Shown in pieces: positions 12,001 through 24,241 of a stretch of 64,000 nt of DNA. Origin of the DNA: Phoronis australis (Eukaryota > Animalia > Phoronida); the NCBI GenBank assembly GCA_002633005.1, contig NMRA01000293.1, positions 1 to 64,000 of the forward strand, in the 5' to 3' direction. Under the pieces are notes generated by a model. It searched no databases, was not told the origin of the DNA, and worked only from the letters and a program-made list of their open reading frames with translations. The first letter of the stretch is position 1. Every line of letters starts with the position of its first letter. The translations under genes and the position numbers were made by a program.

Positions 12001-15000
12001 CTCATTTAAGATTTCAAAAATAGGGCAGCCAAACTGGGTTTTTCCAATTTCTGTGGGTGCCCAAGACCAGTCAAATTGCTGTTATACTGTGCTTTGTTAC
12101 TATGACGACAGAGTTAGACAAAGTTTTTTTGTATCTTACATCAATTCTAAAGTGATGCTGTGTAGTTTCAGGATGAACCTATTCTTTCGAGTTTGTTTAG
12201 GCAAATCGATTTTTTTGACGTTTTTGTGATTGTTTTGTTTCGTGAGAAGCACTAACAAGTTGTCCTTGCCTCAGACCAGGCTCCTTAAACTGCTTGTGTT
12301 GGTCAGTTTTTGCTTCAGTGACCATGATATTGTGGTCGTTGGGGAGAATGCTTGCGATGTATTGTATTCAATGTTAATTCAAATGATGTCTAAAAACGTC
12401 ATGTTGCTTTGCAAGACCAAGAACGTGATTCATAATCTGGCTTTAATTTATTATCAAACTATGTTAATTTCTGATAAGACGTAAGGATAACAATGCTGAC
12501 TATTTTAGTTGAAGATTTTGGAAATTTTCTGTTGCCTATGTTTAAATAAAGGTTTTTGGACTTCATAATTATAAATATGTATTTCAGCCATCAGATGTAC
12601 TGTTGACGGGAAAGATCGATGGCGTGGACTGTGTATTACTAGCAAGGTAGTGATGACACTGTAATGTATGGATGTTGTACTTTAAGATGTGTGCGCCACT
12701 CTAAATATTTCATTAAATTGTAATCTGCCAAAGGATTTTTTTCAGTTTTGCAATAAAAATGAACAGGACCCCGACAACAGGAAGTGGAAAAATAAAATTT
12801 AGTGAACTACCTGTCTTAAGATTATGTAGGAACTCATTGACAAATATCTACAAAACTACAGATTTTAACTCTTCTGAAAGTACAAAGCCTGTCAAATTAG
12901 ATTTTTGACTTTTCACCAATTTCCCATTAATTGGGTCACTTTTCCATGATTGTATTTTTAGTAAAATTTAGCACGTCAAGAAGAAGGTACATTGAAAGCA
13001 AAACAACGGTATCAATACCATGGTCAAATTTTTTTAATCGATATTATATTACTAGGTACAAATGTTGATATTTGGTACTTTCTTTGTTTCTAAATTGTTA
13101 GCACCAAATTTAAGGAAACTTTGAATCTCTGGATATATCTAGTGTAACAAATAGGAGGATTTTGAATCATTGACAACGCAACTATTTACATAACTTGCTT
13201 AAAGTCCTTCTCTCACGCGTTGTTAACCCTTATTACATGGTTAGAAGATGTTATAAGGATCCAAGAAGTACCTACCCCATAACTAATACACGATCCGTAT
13301 TCGAAAACAGTTTAAATGAACGCGCCACTCACGATTTGCACTCGAAGAAACACCGCCATTTTGAACTTGCCGCGAACCCGGAAGTACAATTCATTCAGGA
13401 ACCCAGGCTAAGAAAACGCCGTCAGTGCGACTGGAGCAGTGCCTGCACTGTTACCAGCCAGCAAACGGGGATAAAAAAAATCGACAGGGCGCCTTAATTT
13501 TGATAAAATCAAACTACGGACAATTTTATGGAATTTGCTGAATGGCGAATAAATTTTGACAGAAATTATTTCGCCACACTCGGGACCGCAGCCTATTGGA
13601 CCCGGTGCGGATCGAGACCAGACACTGGCGAACGGTAAATGCATGCGGTTGCAAGCTGTTTTGTCGAAGTAAAATGGTCAAATGATAAATGCTGCATATA
13701 TTCAAGGGTAGTTTCAGACACTTGCATGAAATTACGGGCTGGTTAGTCCTGTGTCACACTGCCGCGGCAGACCTTAGTTAGCCTCAGTCACCAGCTACCA
13801 GTGAAGACTATAATAGTCAAAATACAGTTGTTAGTAGGCCTATACAGGCGTGCGTTCAGTAGCCGCTCGCTAGGACCTACGCTAGGACCTAGCTAAAACG
13901 TAGTCTAAGTCACGTGTTCTTATTTAAAATGCTCGGTAATATCTCACATAATCTCGCGAAGTCTTGCTTTTTAGCGAGGTCCTAGCGTTAATGAACAGGA
14001 GGCAGCTAATGCGCCAAGACTACCCTTAGGCCTAACTAGTCGCTGGCCACAAACACAAAAAAACACGAAAATTGAACAAAGTTTCTTTTTTGTAGCAAGG
14101 TTTGTCAAAATGTATCAACGTTAAAATCTTCACAAATTACAAAGTAGCCGATTGAACATGCCTTTCAGTTTAGCAAAAGTCGACATTGTAGGTGCCGCCA
14201 GAAATGAGACGAAGTCCAACCGGAATTGTGAGCACATTTATCACTTAATGAGTAACAACTGTGAGGCTGAAATTTGGTGAACACTGCTAAATCGTGCAGA
14301 ATAGTAAGTAAAGATATGTCTAACTAAATTTCACCGTAATTTGTTGGCGAAAACAATTTACACAAAGTTTTAAACTCGTAACTCATCCCGCTGTCCTCCA
14401 AATCCAAACAAAGTGACCCAAATTTCGCCACAAAACTTGCAATAACTTTACAGTGCTTGCCCCGATTTTGATAGTTTTTCGATTTTTATTGAGTAGAATG
14501 TACTACCTTTCCGATGATAGCAAAGTACTTTTTCAAAACGACGAAAAAAATATAACCAAAAAAAAATTGGTTCGACCCATATTGGTTCCTAGGTTTGTCC
14601 CGCCTATGTAAGGAACTAAACACCAATGCTATTTTAACATACTAAGTACGCGTAACATTCCAAAAAAATCAATGACCACTAACTACAAACTATAAATACA
14701 CTACATATGCAAACGAATCACGATATATTACTAATAAAACAAAATAATGAAGACTTTTCGAGCAAGCCATAGCACATTCAGTTACAAGGAAAAAATGGCG
14801 GCGTTCAGGACAAGTTCCTGAACTGATGAGCCGGAAATGTGGGTACGGAAATAACCGATGACAACCGGTAATCATACGCTCAGAGAGAAGGGTCAAATAC
14901 TGTTAAAAAATCGCTTTTGGCAAGAAAGGCGAAAAGGATATAAAGAAAGGGTGTCGAAAATAAGAATTTATGTAGTAAGTATTTTCGGATACTGGAACCA

Positions 15001-18000
15001 CATGGGCAGTTTGCAAGAAGGACTTTAATTTAATTCAAAAGGTAAAACGATTTATCACTTTCAATTGGTACCTCATTTGTCCATGTCAAGAACCACCCAT
15101 GTACATTGAATATCATTATGCCCTTGCCAAAGAAATTTTAAAAAGAATCTCTGTTGAATTCATTCCAGATTTATTAAGATGGACTTTACAAGGCTAACTA
15201 AAGATGAACAATCTCTGTAACTCTTTTAAAAGGCGTCTCGACTGGAGTTGTATCCCTGTTAGCCTAAATTTTTAATTCAAGGACAAGGGCTCATTCCATT
15301 AAGTTTAGATGTTTTTTGCCTCACGTTAGCAGAGTGCTGCTTATGTCACGCAGGCCTGTTTTGGGAAAAGTTTCTTAAGGCTCAAATCATAAGTTATATC
15401 TTATGTGCCAGCTATTATTGTGATTTCTTACAACACGTTTGCAATGTAATTGTCTGTATGTCATAGTTAAACAATATTCTATACACACTATTTGATTAAT
15501 ACTGTTTATTTTATCACAGACTATACTTTAAACAGTTTTGCGGACACTTTTCATAAAGTAGACAGTCAGTACCATTAAAACTAAGGTGAGTACGTTTGGC
15601 CTGAACATGTATTTTCCACAGCTTCTTTGACTTGTTAACTACAATATCGTTGCAGACATGGGCGTGACCATTCTGTGATGCCTTCTTGCATCAACTATCG
15701 AGCTAACATCTACGCCCTTAAGTCATTGGGTTGTACTCATGTACTAGCTACAACTGCATGTGGCTCTCTACAGGAGCACATTGCACCTGGAAACATAGTT
15801 TTTCTCGATCAGTTCATTGACAGGTGAGTTAATTTTGAATTGGTAATGTTCCATGAACTGTAAGATTCCACTAAAACCACAAACCGTTAACATCTTCAGG
15901 TTGGTACAGTTTGTACGAAGTTTCAAAGCCCAAATTGTCATCTTTTTGTTCCAACAGTTTGGGCTTTGTGAATTGGCACAGACTGTGGCAACCTTCAAAT
16001 TATGACAATTTGTGTACTTTAAACCAGACTTTGAAGGAATTTAATCTAGCGTGCAATGACGGTTTGTACAAATCTTTGGAATTTTGAGGAATGAATATTT
16101 CCACGAAAATGGTCCACGACCGGAGAGATGAGGAAACTCGGGGCAACCTGAGGAACTAAAAGTTTTTTTCCTCCTGGGAGCCACGAGATTGAACAGAATG
16201 ATAACATAGGCAATTTATAAAATGAGAGCAATAATTGTATTGCCACCTGTCAGTGTTAACTTAAGGTAGGTAGGTACTATATTTACTTATGGAGCTGTAA
16301 ATTATCATCATTGGTGTCATTGCAGGCTGTTTTTCAAATTACAACAGTTTGTGCTTCAAAGTTGAGCTACTAAAACAGGAGTTGAGCGATGCAGTTGTCA
16401 ACAATTTATTTGCTTTTTATCTATCCATCAGTTTAATGATAAAAAATTGAGGAGGTAGTGACAGCGTCTGACCTGTATTTAGGTGCCCCCTAGTGGGCCT
16501 TTTTGAACCTTGTTCAGGAGAGCTCTTTTCTTTGTGCCTTAGTCTCCTCTTTTAGAATTCATTGGGTTCTAGTACAGTACAGTGTATTGGTGGCCAGAGT
16601 CTCAGTTTCATCGATTAACCACATGCATTATTTTGGAGGGATTCTTCTGGTGGTTGGCCTTTGAAGGGGCATGGTATCACCGAACAGATGGACTTGATAA
16701 AACAAAGCTCTCATCTCTTGGAATCCTTTGCAACATAATATTAACAAGGTCAAATTTTCCAAATAGATCATAATTTGTTGGAGATGATTGAGGGTTTGTG
16801 GGAAAATATAAGAGTAAATTGTGTAATGTCTTAGACATAGCCACTAAAATCAAAATTTGTAGCAACACATCTAGTAATTCTACCAAAAATGAAAATTGTT
16901 AGTGAAAATGTATTTTTTCCGTTTAATGTTTTAACAGGAAATTCCTGTTAATGTACATGAATTAACAAATACTACTTCCTTCATCCACACAGAAGTTATA
17001 TTATCTATTATCAGTTTCAGTAAAAAAATGTCCACCAAGCTTGGGACTACATCAATACTGATTTCTGGAATATCGCTTGGATTGTTCTTGCAAAGACTTA
17101 AGAAGGATTGGAAAAAGTTTTTCCCATATTCTGTAACATAAGGAACACCACGTCTTGTCTGGGGGTTACCAAAGTTTAAATGTCACAGTGGCTGCTAGGT
17201 AGCTTGTAACAATATCGCTAGGAAAGTTTGAATAATTATCTTCTTGTCCCTCATGTCTTACCTCCTCCTGTTAGTTATCACAAATTGCTGACATCACTTG
17301 TTGTCTTCTAGAACCACCAAACGTCACCAGACATTTTATGACGGAGCACCTTCATCACCGCATGGAGTCTGTCATGCACCGATGCATGATCCTTTCTGTG
17401 AACTAACACGCAAGGTAAAAATTTGTTTCCATCGATGCCTCTTATTTGTACTTTGTCTCTAAGGGTGCTTCACACAAATCCCCACAAAATGTTATATTTG
17501 TTTTGTATCTTGTCATAGAACTTGATTGGTCCAAATTTGACTCAGAACTTGTGCACAATAGAACTGGATAATTGTGTGGTTCTCTAAGAGTTAGAAGTTG
17601 AAAACTATAGTCATTTTTGAGCGCAAGTTGTTAGTTGTTAAAATAATTTAAGGAACAATTTCCACTATTAGTCTTTCACCTCATGAACTCTCGTTAAAAC
17701 TGTTCTTCCTTTTGTCTGTAAAGTTCGTTTCATGTGACTCTCTTTATCGCTTTCGGCTTATCGCTCACTGTATTCGAAATCTTCACTTTTGCAGATTCTG
17801 AGTGAAGTTGCTACAGAGCTGGGTATCAAACACCACAAGTCGGGCACAATGGTAACCATCGAAGGACCTCGGTTCTCCAGCAGGGCTGAGAGTAAAGTAT
17901 GGCGTATGTGGGGTGGAGATGTCATCAATATGACCAGTGTACCAGAAGTGAGTCATCTGCCAATGGCTGACAAAGCAGAAGCAATTTTTATACCTTTCCG

Positions 18001-20182
18001 ATGCTCCCATCTTAGCAGAAACTGTTAAACTATTTTGTTGTCTGTTAATGCTGGTGATTGATTTTCTGTAGAATGACTATTGCATTTGTATATTAGGCCA
18101 AAAACGCCAAATTGATTCTGGTCTCTGCTGTTTTAAAAATGGAGTCCTTGGTGTGGTATTTTTTAGATGCTCACTTTTTCAGAACAAATCCAACCAAGGC
18201 AAACCAAAATGATGCGGGATGTTTTTTTTATTCATAGCTCGGCAAATCATGGCATTCCTACCCGTGCTTACTCTTGCTTATGCGTTTTCAAAAAAACACC
18301 AAATTTCGACTTTTTAGTGGGTGAGCACAGGTCTCAAAATGAGTCGGGGTGAAGACTAGAACCAACTGTAATTGTTTGGCCTTATCATTTAGTTAAAGTT
18401 TGTTGTCACTCAGTTAGACTTCATGTGCAGCTGTATCAACTAAAGTAAAATTTGCGTGTTTACTGAAAAGCTGTAATTGTTTGTACACATTGAGAGACAT
18501 TAGCTAAATTAGAATCGCATTACAACAAACAATCCCGAGATGTTTGTGAAGTACTTGTCGTGCCACATATCCGCCAGTTGTAACGATTGGTTAAGCCACT
18601 GTAATTTGTCTTATTTCATTGTCTGTCATCCGACTCAGTACAGTATTTTATTCACTGATAATTGTATGCGTTCTCAACCCTACATTCAACCTCGGCTCTG
18701 CATGCTCATTTTAACTAAAATTACTTTTACCAAATAAAATTGTATACAAATATAATACAGTTGAGTTGAGGTCTGTGAATGTAGCGTTATAAGTGAGCAC
18801 CGGTTATAAACCTGGTCCATTGTAACGCAGTTTGACTGTACTCCTTAACTGGTTCTTCTATATTCCTCTAGGTTGTGCTTGCCAAAGAAGCTGGGCTGTG
18901 CTATGCAGCCATCGCTATGGCTACAGACTACGATTGTTGGAGAGAAACTGGTGAAACGGTAATGTGTTTGGAAATGGTTGATGGCTTCGCTCTCCTGGCA
19001 TACACCGGGCCAACACTGAGAGACATTTTTGTTGGATTCCAATGATAACTTTCTATTCTCCAACCAATTTCATGCATTTGCTGGTTGACCTGGCGGAACC
19101 GGAGTAAATTGAATGCTGCTATTATATAGAAATAGATCATTACAAGACAAAATGGTCACTTTAGTTCTAAGTGAAAAACCCAAGTCAACCATTATGGCTG
19201 AACCATTGACCTTTGAACCCAACTATGGTCTGACCCTGCTACGGACTAAGGTTAGTCTGGTCACAAGATGGTAGCCTCCAGACAGTTGTAAGTAAACTGG
19301 ACTATTTCTTTGATTAATATGCGTTATTCCTCATATAATCAACAAATTCAGCAAAAAAAAAAAACAAAATACGCATTTACATCATTAAATATTTCAATTC
19401 CTTATTAAATAAATAAATGTACCTTAATTTACACGAAATTGTGGTCTAGATCGAACCATCTTTTCTTTTCCAGCTACCCTCTGCTTAACCATGGCATCTA
19501 CAAAGTGAACTTTGATTAACGTTTTGTAGAACCCAGAAATATGCCCAAATTTGGCCAACTTCGGAACATCGTATCTCAGAAAAGGACCATCACATTCACA
19601 TGAAACTTTCGGATACTATGCTTTTCCACTGTTCTCCAAAACGCTGTTAGGAATTGGATTTTAAAATGTTCCACTTTTGCATGAGGGGTTATCAAAAATA
19701 GGATTTTTCTTAACCCTCAAAAAGCCGTGTTCAAATTAGAGTGCGTTTTGGTCACAATAACGACATGTTTATAGTGGTGGGCGCCAAGTTTAAAGTAAAT
19801 GTCTCATGCCCAAAATTTACAAGTTCTTCCTAATGTTCACATGATAATAACCACCAAAATCAGACTTTGTCGCCGCTGTGGTCTACGGCAAAGCACTGTC
19901 TACACTCTACATGCATTGTTCCTCACAACCTCTGTACAGTTTCATCTAACTTCTCCTTGAATGTGTCCCTTCTTTGTTGAGGTTGATCCTGATTGTTGTG
20001 TGGAAGAAAATTAGAGAGTAAGCAGGAAAGCCAATGGCTGGAGTGTAAGTTAGTTCAGTATTATCTGACTGACATCCTGATAATGATAAATGTGTATGGT
20101 AATACATTCAAACATTGATAATTTGTTTTTAATTTTCTGTTATTACTGTGGCCAAAAACCAACGAATACTTTGTATTATTGA

Positions 20183-20226
<44 letters not shown>

Positions 20227-20442
20227 TAGGTTAATGTCAAAGCTGTCATAGCCACGTTTAAGGAGAATGTTGCCCGTGCCATACAGATACTGCGCAAGGC
20301 CATTCCACGAATAGCTGATGACTCCCTGAAAGAAAAGTGGGTTGGAATTCTGAAAAAGAACCAAAGTGATGCCATAGATTCTGTGATGTTGTCATCAAAA
20401 CACAACATTGAGGTGGTTGAAATTGCTGGAAGTCTTTTGTAA
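6003..20442 (+). CDS. MTAP: S-methyl-5'-thioadenosine phosphorylase (gene span, 8 coding exons, 299 aa)
   Basis: join(6003-6032,11833-11919,12588-12646,15656-15823,17312-17414,17795-17947,18872-18958,20230-20442) = 900 nt, open frame, all GT-AG. Motifs [60 protein letters not shown]. Confidence 0.96.
7225..7855. mobile_element. Foldback/MITE-like element with long imperfect inverted arms
   Basis: AACAGTTATCAGAACTGAAATTGATGACAAAGAGTGC (~7356-7391) pairs with ~7732-7768; further inverted matches inside (AATTGTCGTGAG/CTCACGACAATT) and outside. Its core resembles 4358-4458. Confidence 0.65.
10595..10770 (-). mobile_element. Penelope-like retroelement GIY-YIG endonuclease fragment
   Basis: [20 protein letters not shown]...[16 protein letters not shown]...KEKNWFER fits the C..YIGET.R.L..R..EH...H...FD..N...E..WFER pattern. 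Confidence 0.7.
11833..11919 (+). CDS. MTAP: MTAP exon 2
   Basis: [29 protein letters not shown]; AG/GT boundaries. Confidence 0.95.
12588..12646 (+). CDS. MTAP: MTAP exon 3
   Basis: [20 protein letters not shown]; AG/GT boundaries. Confidence 0.95.
13203..15024. mobile_element. Kolobok-like non-autonomous DNA transposon (~1.8 kb) in MTAP intron 3
   Basis: TTAA|AGTCCTTCT...AGAAGGACT|TTAA: 9-bp TIRs with AG..CT ends and TTAA TSD (13199-13202, 15025-15028); no ORF. Confidence 0.7.
15656..15823 (+). CDS. MTAP: MTAP exon 4
   Basis: [56 protein letters not shown]. Confidence 0.96.
16481..16497 (-). promoter_or_regulatory. CTCF core motif (intronic)
   Basis: Reverse complement reads CCACTAGGGGGCACCT, close to consensus. 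Confidence 0.4.
17312..17414 (+). CDS. MTAP: MTAP exon 5
   Basis: [34 protein letters not shown]. Confidence 0.95.
17795..17947 (+). CDS. MTAP: MTAP exon 6
   Basis: [51 protein letters not shown]. Confidence 0.96.
18872..18958 (+). CDS. MTAP: MTAP exon 7
   Basis: [29 protein letters not shown]. Confidence 0.96.
20183..20225. repeat. (TTA)n microsatellite at the acceptor of the last MTAP exon
   Basis: ~14 TTA units running directly into CTAG|exon. Confidence 0.9.
20230..20442 (+). CDS. MTAP: MTAP exon 8 (terminal)
   Basis: [28 protein letters not shown]...[21 protein letters not shown]. Confidence 0.92.
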   Translation, partial: VNVKAVIATFKENVARAIQILRKAIPRIADDSLKEKWVGILKKNQSDAIDSVMLSSKHNIEVVEIAGSLL

Positions 20443-21306
20443 AGCCATGGCATAATTAGTTTGTCTTGTGGTAGTCAGGTCCATTACGAAATAAAGAATC
20501 TTATATTAGAATAAATTAAGAAAATAGACATTGAGATTTTAGGGGTAATTGGGTTCTTTGTTAGACATTCCCCAGTAAAGGTGTTAAAAAGGTTATGGTA
20601 TTTGTCAGACTCGAGCTTTACACATTCCTCATGTAGTACTGATGAAAAATATGAAATGTATTGACCCACCTTTTTCATAATGAAATGATAGTATAACACT
20701 GAGAAAGTGAGAAAACATTACATCGTAAAGTATAGTTAAACATGGTGGTTATTTTCACACAATCCCTTTCATTTTATTCTGACCTTATCTTTGCTGTCAG
20801 TCTTTTAGGGTCAGTTGACTAGATGGCTTGTTACTAGAAATGAATATAGTTACTGGAATACATCGAGGTAGTCTTTGAATTCCATATAATATTGCTTCTA
20901 TTCATTTAAGCAATTAATTCCGTATTGCTTGTAATATTCATTAATCAAGAATAAATTCAATATGGTTTGAATATTCATTAATCAACATTAAATTTAGAAA
21001 AATGCTTCCTTTAACAGAACTGAGTTTTACAGCAAAGTTACTGATTGAAAATACGCATTCGGTCAAAGATGATTGAGCCCACTTCCTGTAACAACCAAGG
21101 CTTGGAATTTTCCTCTTTTGAGAGAATTTCCTCTTTTTTGGTTTTGATTTCCTCTTTAATATTTGATATCCAGTTTCCTTTTTTCTCTCTTTTTATTATT
21201 ATTTTGACTTTATTCATGCAAAAATGTTTACACTACAGTCAGATATCGATTTTTGAGAAAATTTGATGGATGCTGTCCCATCCCCAGTACAAGAAATTGC
21301 AAAATG

Positions 21307-21700
21307 AAGTGCCCTTCACACACAGACTAGAACACGTTACTCCTGGAATGAGTTGTTGCTAGGTTTGGAGGCTGTGTGGACGCTATTTAAACTAGAGCAA
21401 GTCACCCCACTTGTGACAACTTGCTGCTCTTTATTAAGGTAGAGTAACTTGCACCACTTCTAATTCCTGTGTGGCTGCAAACCTCGGGCAAGGTGAAAGT
21501 AATTATCGGCTGTGGTTACATACAGACTGGTTTTCTATTATGCGCCTCAGTCGCATTGGGTATTTATTGTCGCACACAGAGCGACAACTTCCACCTTACC
21601 CCAGTTACTGATATGTGTGTGTGGACACTCGACCTAAGGTGGGGTAAGTTGAACTAGTGCAAGTTATTCTATGGTAGGTTGTGTGTGGACAGCACTTAAG
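21307..21700. mobile_element. MITE relic (possibly PIF/Harbinger-like)
   Basis: Inverted ends AAGTGCCCTTCACACACA / TGTGTGTGGACAGCACTT; internal TGTGTGGAC repeats. Confidence 0.5.
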
Positions 21701-21759
21701 TTTCACATCTTATACATAGTTTCATAAACAGGCAACTACAAAAATAAATTGCCACAAGG

Positions 21760-23336
21760 GGGCATCTGAAATGAAACCCATGCAATTCAATCATGGACAG
21801 AAACATATTTTCCAGTTTTTATTATTATCCTCTGAGCCGTTCAATGAATGCAGAGGCATACGATGACAAAACAAGACTCAAAAATAATAAAACTGGACAC
21901 TGGGTAATGCAAAATCGACTCGAAAATAGAAACATATTAGCCAAATCTCAATAACGGTCGAAACTCTAAAGTTATAGACACGAACACAAAAACCTAAACT
22001 TGCCACTGGGGGGCACAGAGGAATTCAGATCCATCCAAAAGTCGTGGCCTCCGCTCTCACATACATAGGAAAGCACTTGACAGACTTCACAAAGATCCTG
22101 TAGAGTTGAGAGTATATTGACGTGCATGGAAAAATGCCATAAGGGGGCACCACGGTAGTCTGACGTCCCCCAAAATACATGTCGGCTGTGGTCTTCTCAG
22201 AAGGCACACACCTACCAATTTTCATTGTAAGTAATCCTATGAGAGCTTTTGCAGATAAAGACATAGACATGGAAAGTGGACTAGAAAATTATTTTATGAA
22301 TTTCATGAAAATCCATCGAGAACCTCCAAAGACACAACTGCAAAAAAAATATTTCCACAAGAGAGCACAGCAGCTGTTGAATCACTTCAAAACATGATGT
22401 CATCCATAGTTAGCTTCAAATGATCACATCCGCCAAATCTCATTAAGATACTGTAAGGAGTTAAGAAGATACAGCAACAAACACCAAACACTCGGACTGA
22501 GATGACGACAGTATGCCCTCACACACGTATTTGTGGGCACACAAAAATTGCCACTGGGGGAACAGTAGTACTTGAATCCATCCGAAAGTTTGGTGTGCCA
22601 TCCCATCCATAATACAACATGTCTAGAAAATTCCATGAACATCACTGAAGGTTTTTTGAGATACAGCAATGAAAGCCAGATTGATGTACGTCGCATGGAA
22701 ATATCAGCANAGAGTATATTGACGTGCATGGAAAAATGACATAAGGGGGCACCACGGTAGTCTGACGTCCCCCAAAATACATGTCGGCTGTGGTCTTCTC
22801 AGAAGGCACACACCTACCAATTTTCATTGTAAGTAATCCTATGAGAGCTTTTGCAGATAAAGACATAGACACGGAAAGTGGACTAGAAAATTATTTTATG
22901 AATTTCATGAAAATCCATCGAGAACCTCCAAAGACACAACAACTGCAAAAAAAATATTTCCACAAGAGAGCACAGCAGCTGTTGAATCAGTTCAAAACAT
23001 GATGTCATCCATAGTTAGCTTCAAATGATCACATCCGCCAAATCTCATTAAGATACTGTAAGGAGTTAAGAAGATACAGCAACGAACACCAAACACTCGG
23101 ACTGAGATGACGACAGTATGCCCTCACACACGTATTTGTGGGCACACAAAAATTGCCACTGGGGGAACAGTAGTACTTGAATCCATCCGAAAGTTTGGTG
23201 TGCCATCCCATCCATAATACAACATGTCTAGAAAATTCCATGAACATCACTGAAGGTTTTTTGAGATACAGCAATGAAAGCCAGATTGATGTACGTCGCA
23301 TGGAAATATCAGCAGGTGTTCATGTGGGTGCGTAAA
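21760..23336 (-). mobile_element. Helentron-associated (HINE/DINE-like) element, same family as 52160-52990
   Basis: Minus-strand 5' end TTTTACGCACCCAC; shares the internal motif TTTCGGATGGAT...CCCC(C/T)AGTGGCAATTT with the 52 kb copy; contains the 600-bp duplication across an N. Confidence 0.55.
22110..23313. repeat. ~600-bp near-identical tandem duplication joined at a single N (22710)
   Basis: 22110-22709 vs 22711-23313 differ by a few SNPs and a 3-bp indel; probably an assembly or haplotype overlap. Confidence 0.85.
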
Positions 23337-23683
23337 ACTGCTGGGACTCGATCGTAAAGCTACAGAAAGAAATTAGGCCCAGTACAGTAATAGCGTTCTC
23401 ATGCAGAAGAAATGGTAGAGACTGCTGTTTCTATTCTCTGGACTGTCCAAAGGATAACTATTGAGCACATATTTAGTGATTACATGTGACATTACAAGCA
23501 AACTTAGTATTTCTTGGTGTTCATCTTGTAGACATAGAAAAGGCTACAAGACTACTGGCTAACGCACATCTTGCACCATTCACGCAAAAAAAAATTGAAG
23601 TAAATTACTAAACAGTCGGCTGTTTTGCAGGAATGTGAAATGATTTTCAAGTCCCAAATGAAACGAGTTATCCAGGTTCACTG

Positions 23684-24241
23684 TCAATAGCTAAGGCTTA
23701 TCTTTGCCAACTTTAAGCTGTGCTCTGCGGATGTTCTTGCAAAATTGCTTTTTGTAATCAGCAGTGGCATATCCTTGCCACTCAAGTACAACTTGTTTTT
23801 TGCAACACCTAAACTGAACTCGTTCTGTGTGACATCTCCGTGTATCAGATAAAATGTTGCCATGGAAAAGCCAGTCATAAAGGCATCAAATCCAGCACGG
23901 TGATTCCCATAGTTTGTAGAGGTACTTTTGATTGTATCACTGTCCGTATTCTCACTTGAAGCATCAGCCTGGTCATTGTTGGACTCCTCTGAATAGCCAA
24001 TACCTGGTGGTAGTCCATTATTTCCTTCAGTGTCAACAGGTGGAGTCGCTGCCTTTTGTTCACCACCACCAGATGGAGTTGGTGCTTCAGTGTCTTTGTC
24101 TGCACCATTCTCAGATCCACAGTGTTTGCGTTTGCGATTTCTGTTACGTTTTTTCTGCTTCACAGCAAAATCTCTATCTAGGATGTTGCTGATATTGTGA
24201 GATTTCAGGCACTTGGAACCGTTATTACAGTATCCATGGTT
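23684..24241 (-). CDS. TOE1: TOE1 terminal exon
   Basis: [15 protein letters not shown]...[13 protein letters not shown]...[11 protein letters not shown]...[12 protein letters not shown]. Confidence 0.95.
   Translation of the reverse strand, partial: NHGYCNNGSKCLKSHNISNILDRDFAVKQKKRNRNRKRKHCGSENGADKDTEAPTPSGGGEQKAATPPVDTEGNNGLPPGIGYSEESNNDQADASSENTDSDTIKSTSTNYGNHRAGFDAFMTGFSMATFYLIHGDVTQNEFSLGVAKNKLYLSGKDMPLLITKSNFARTSAEHSLKLAKISLSY

Noticed and set aside
22025-23301. Duplicated 70-100 aa ORFs as tandem paralogous genes
   Set aside because: They lie within a non-autonomous repeat and are doubled by an overlap at a single N; no recognisable domain.
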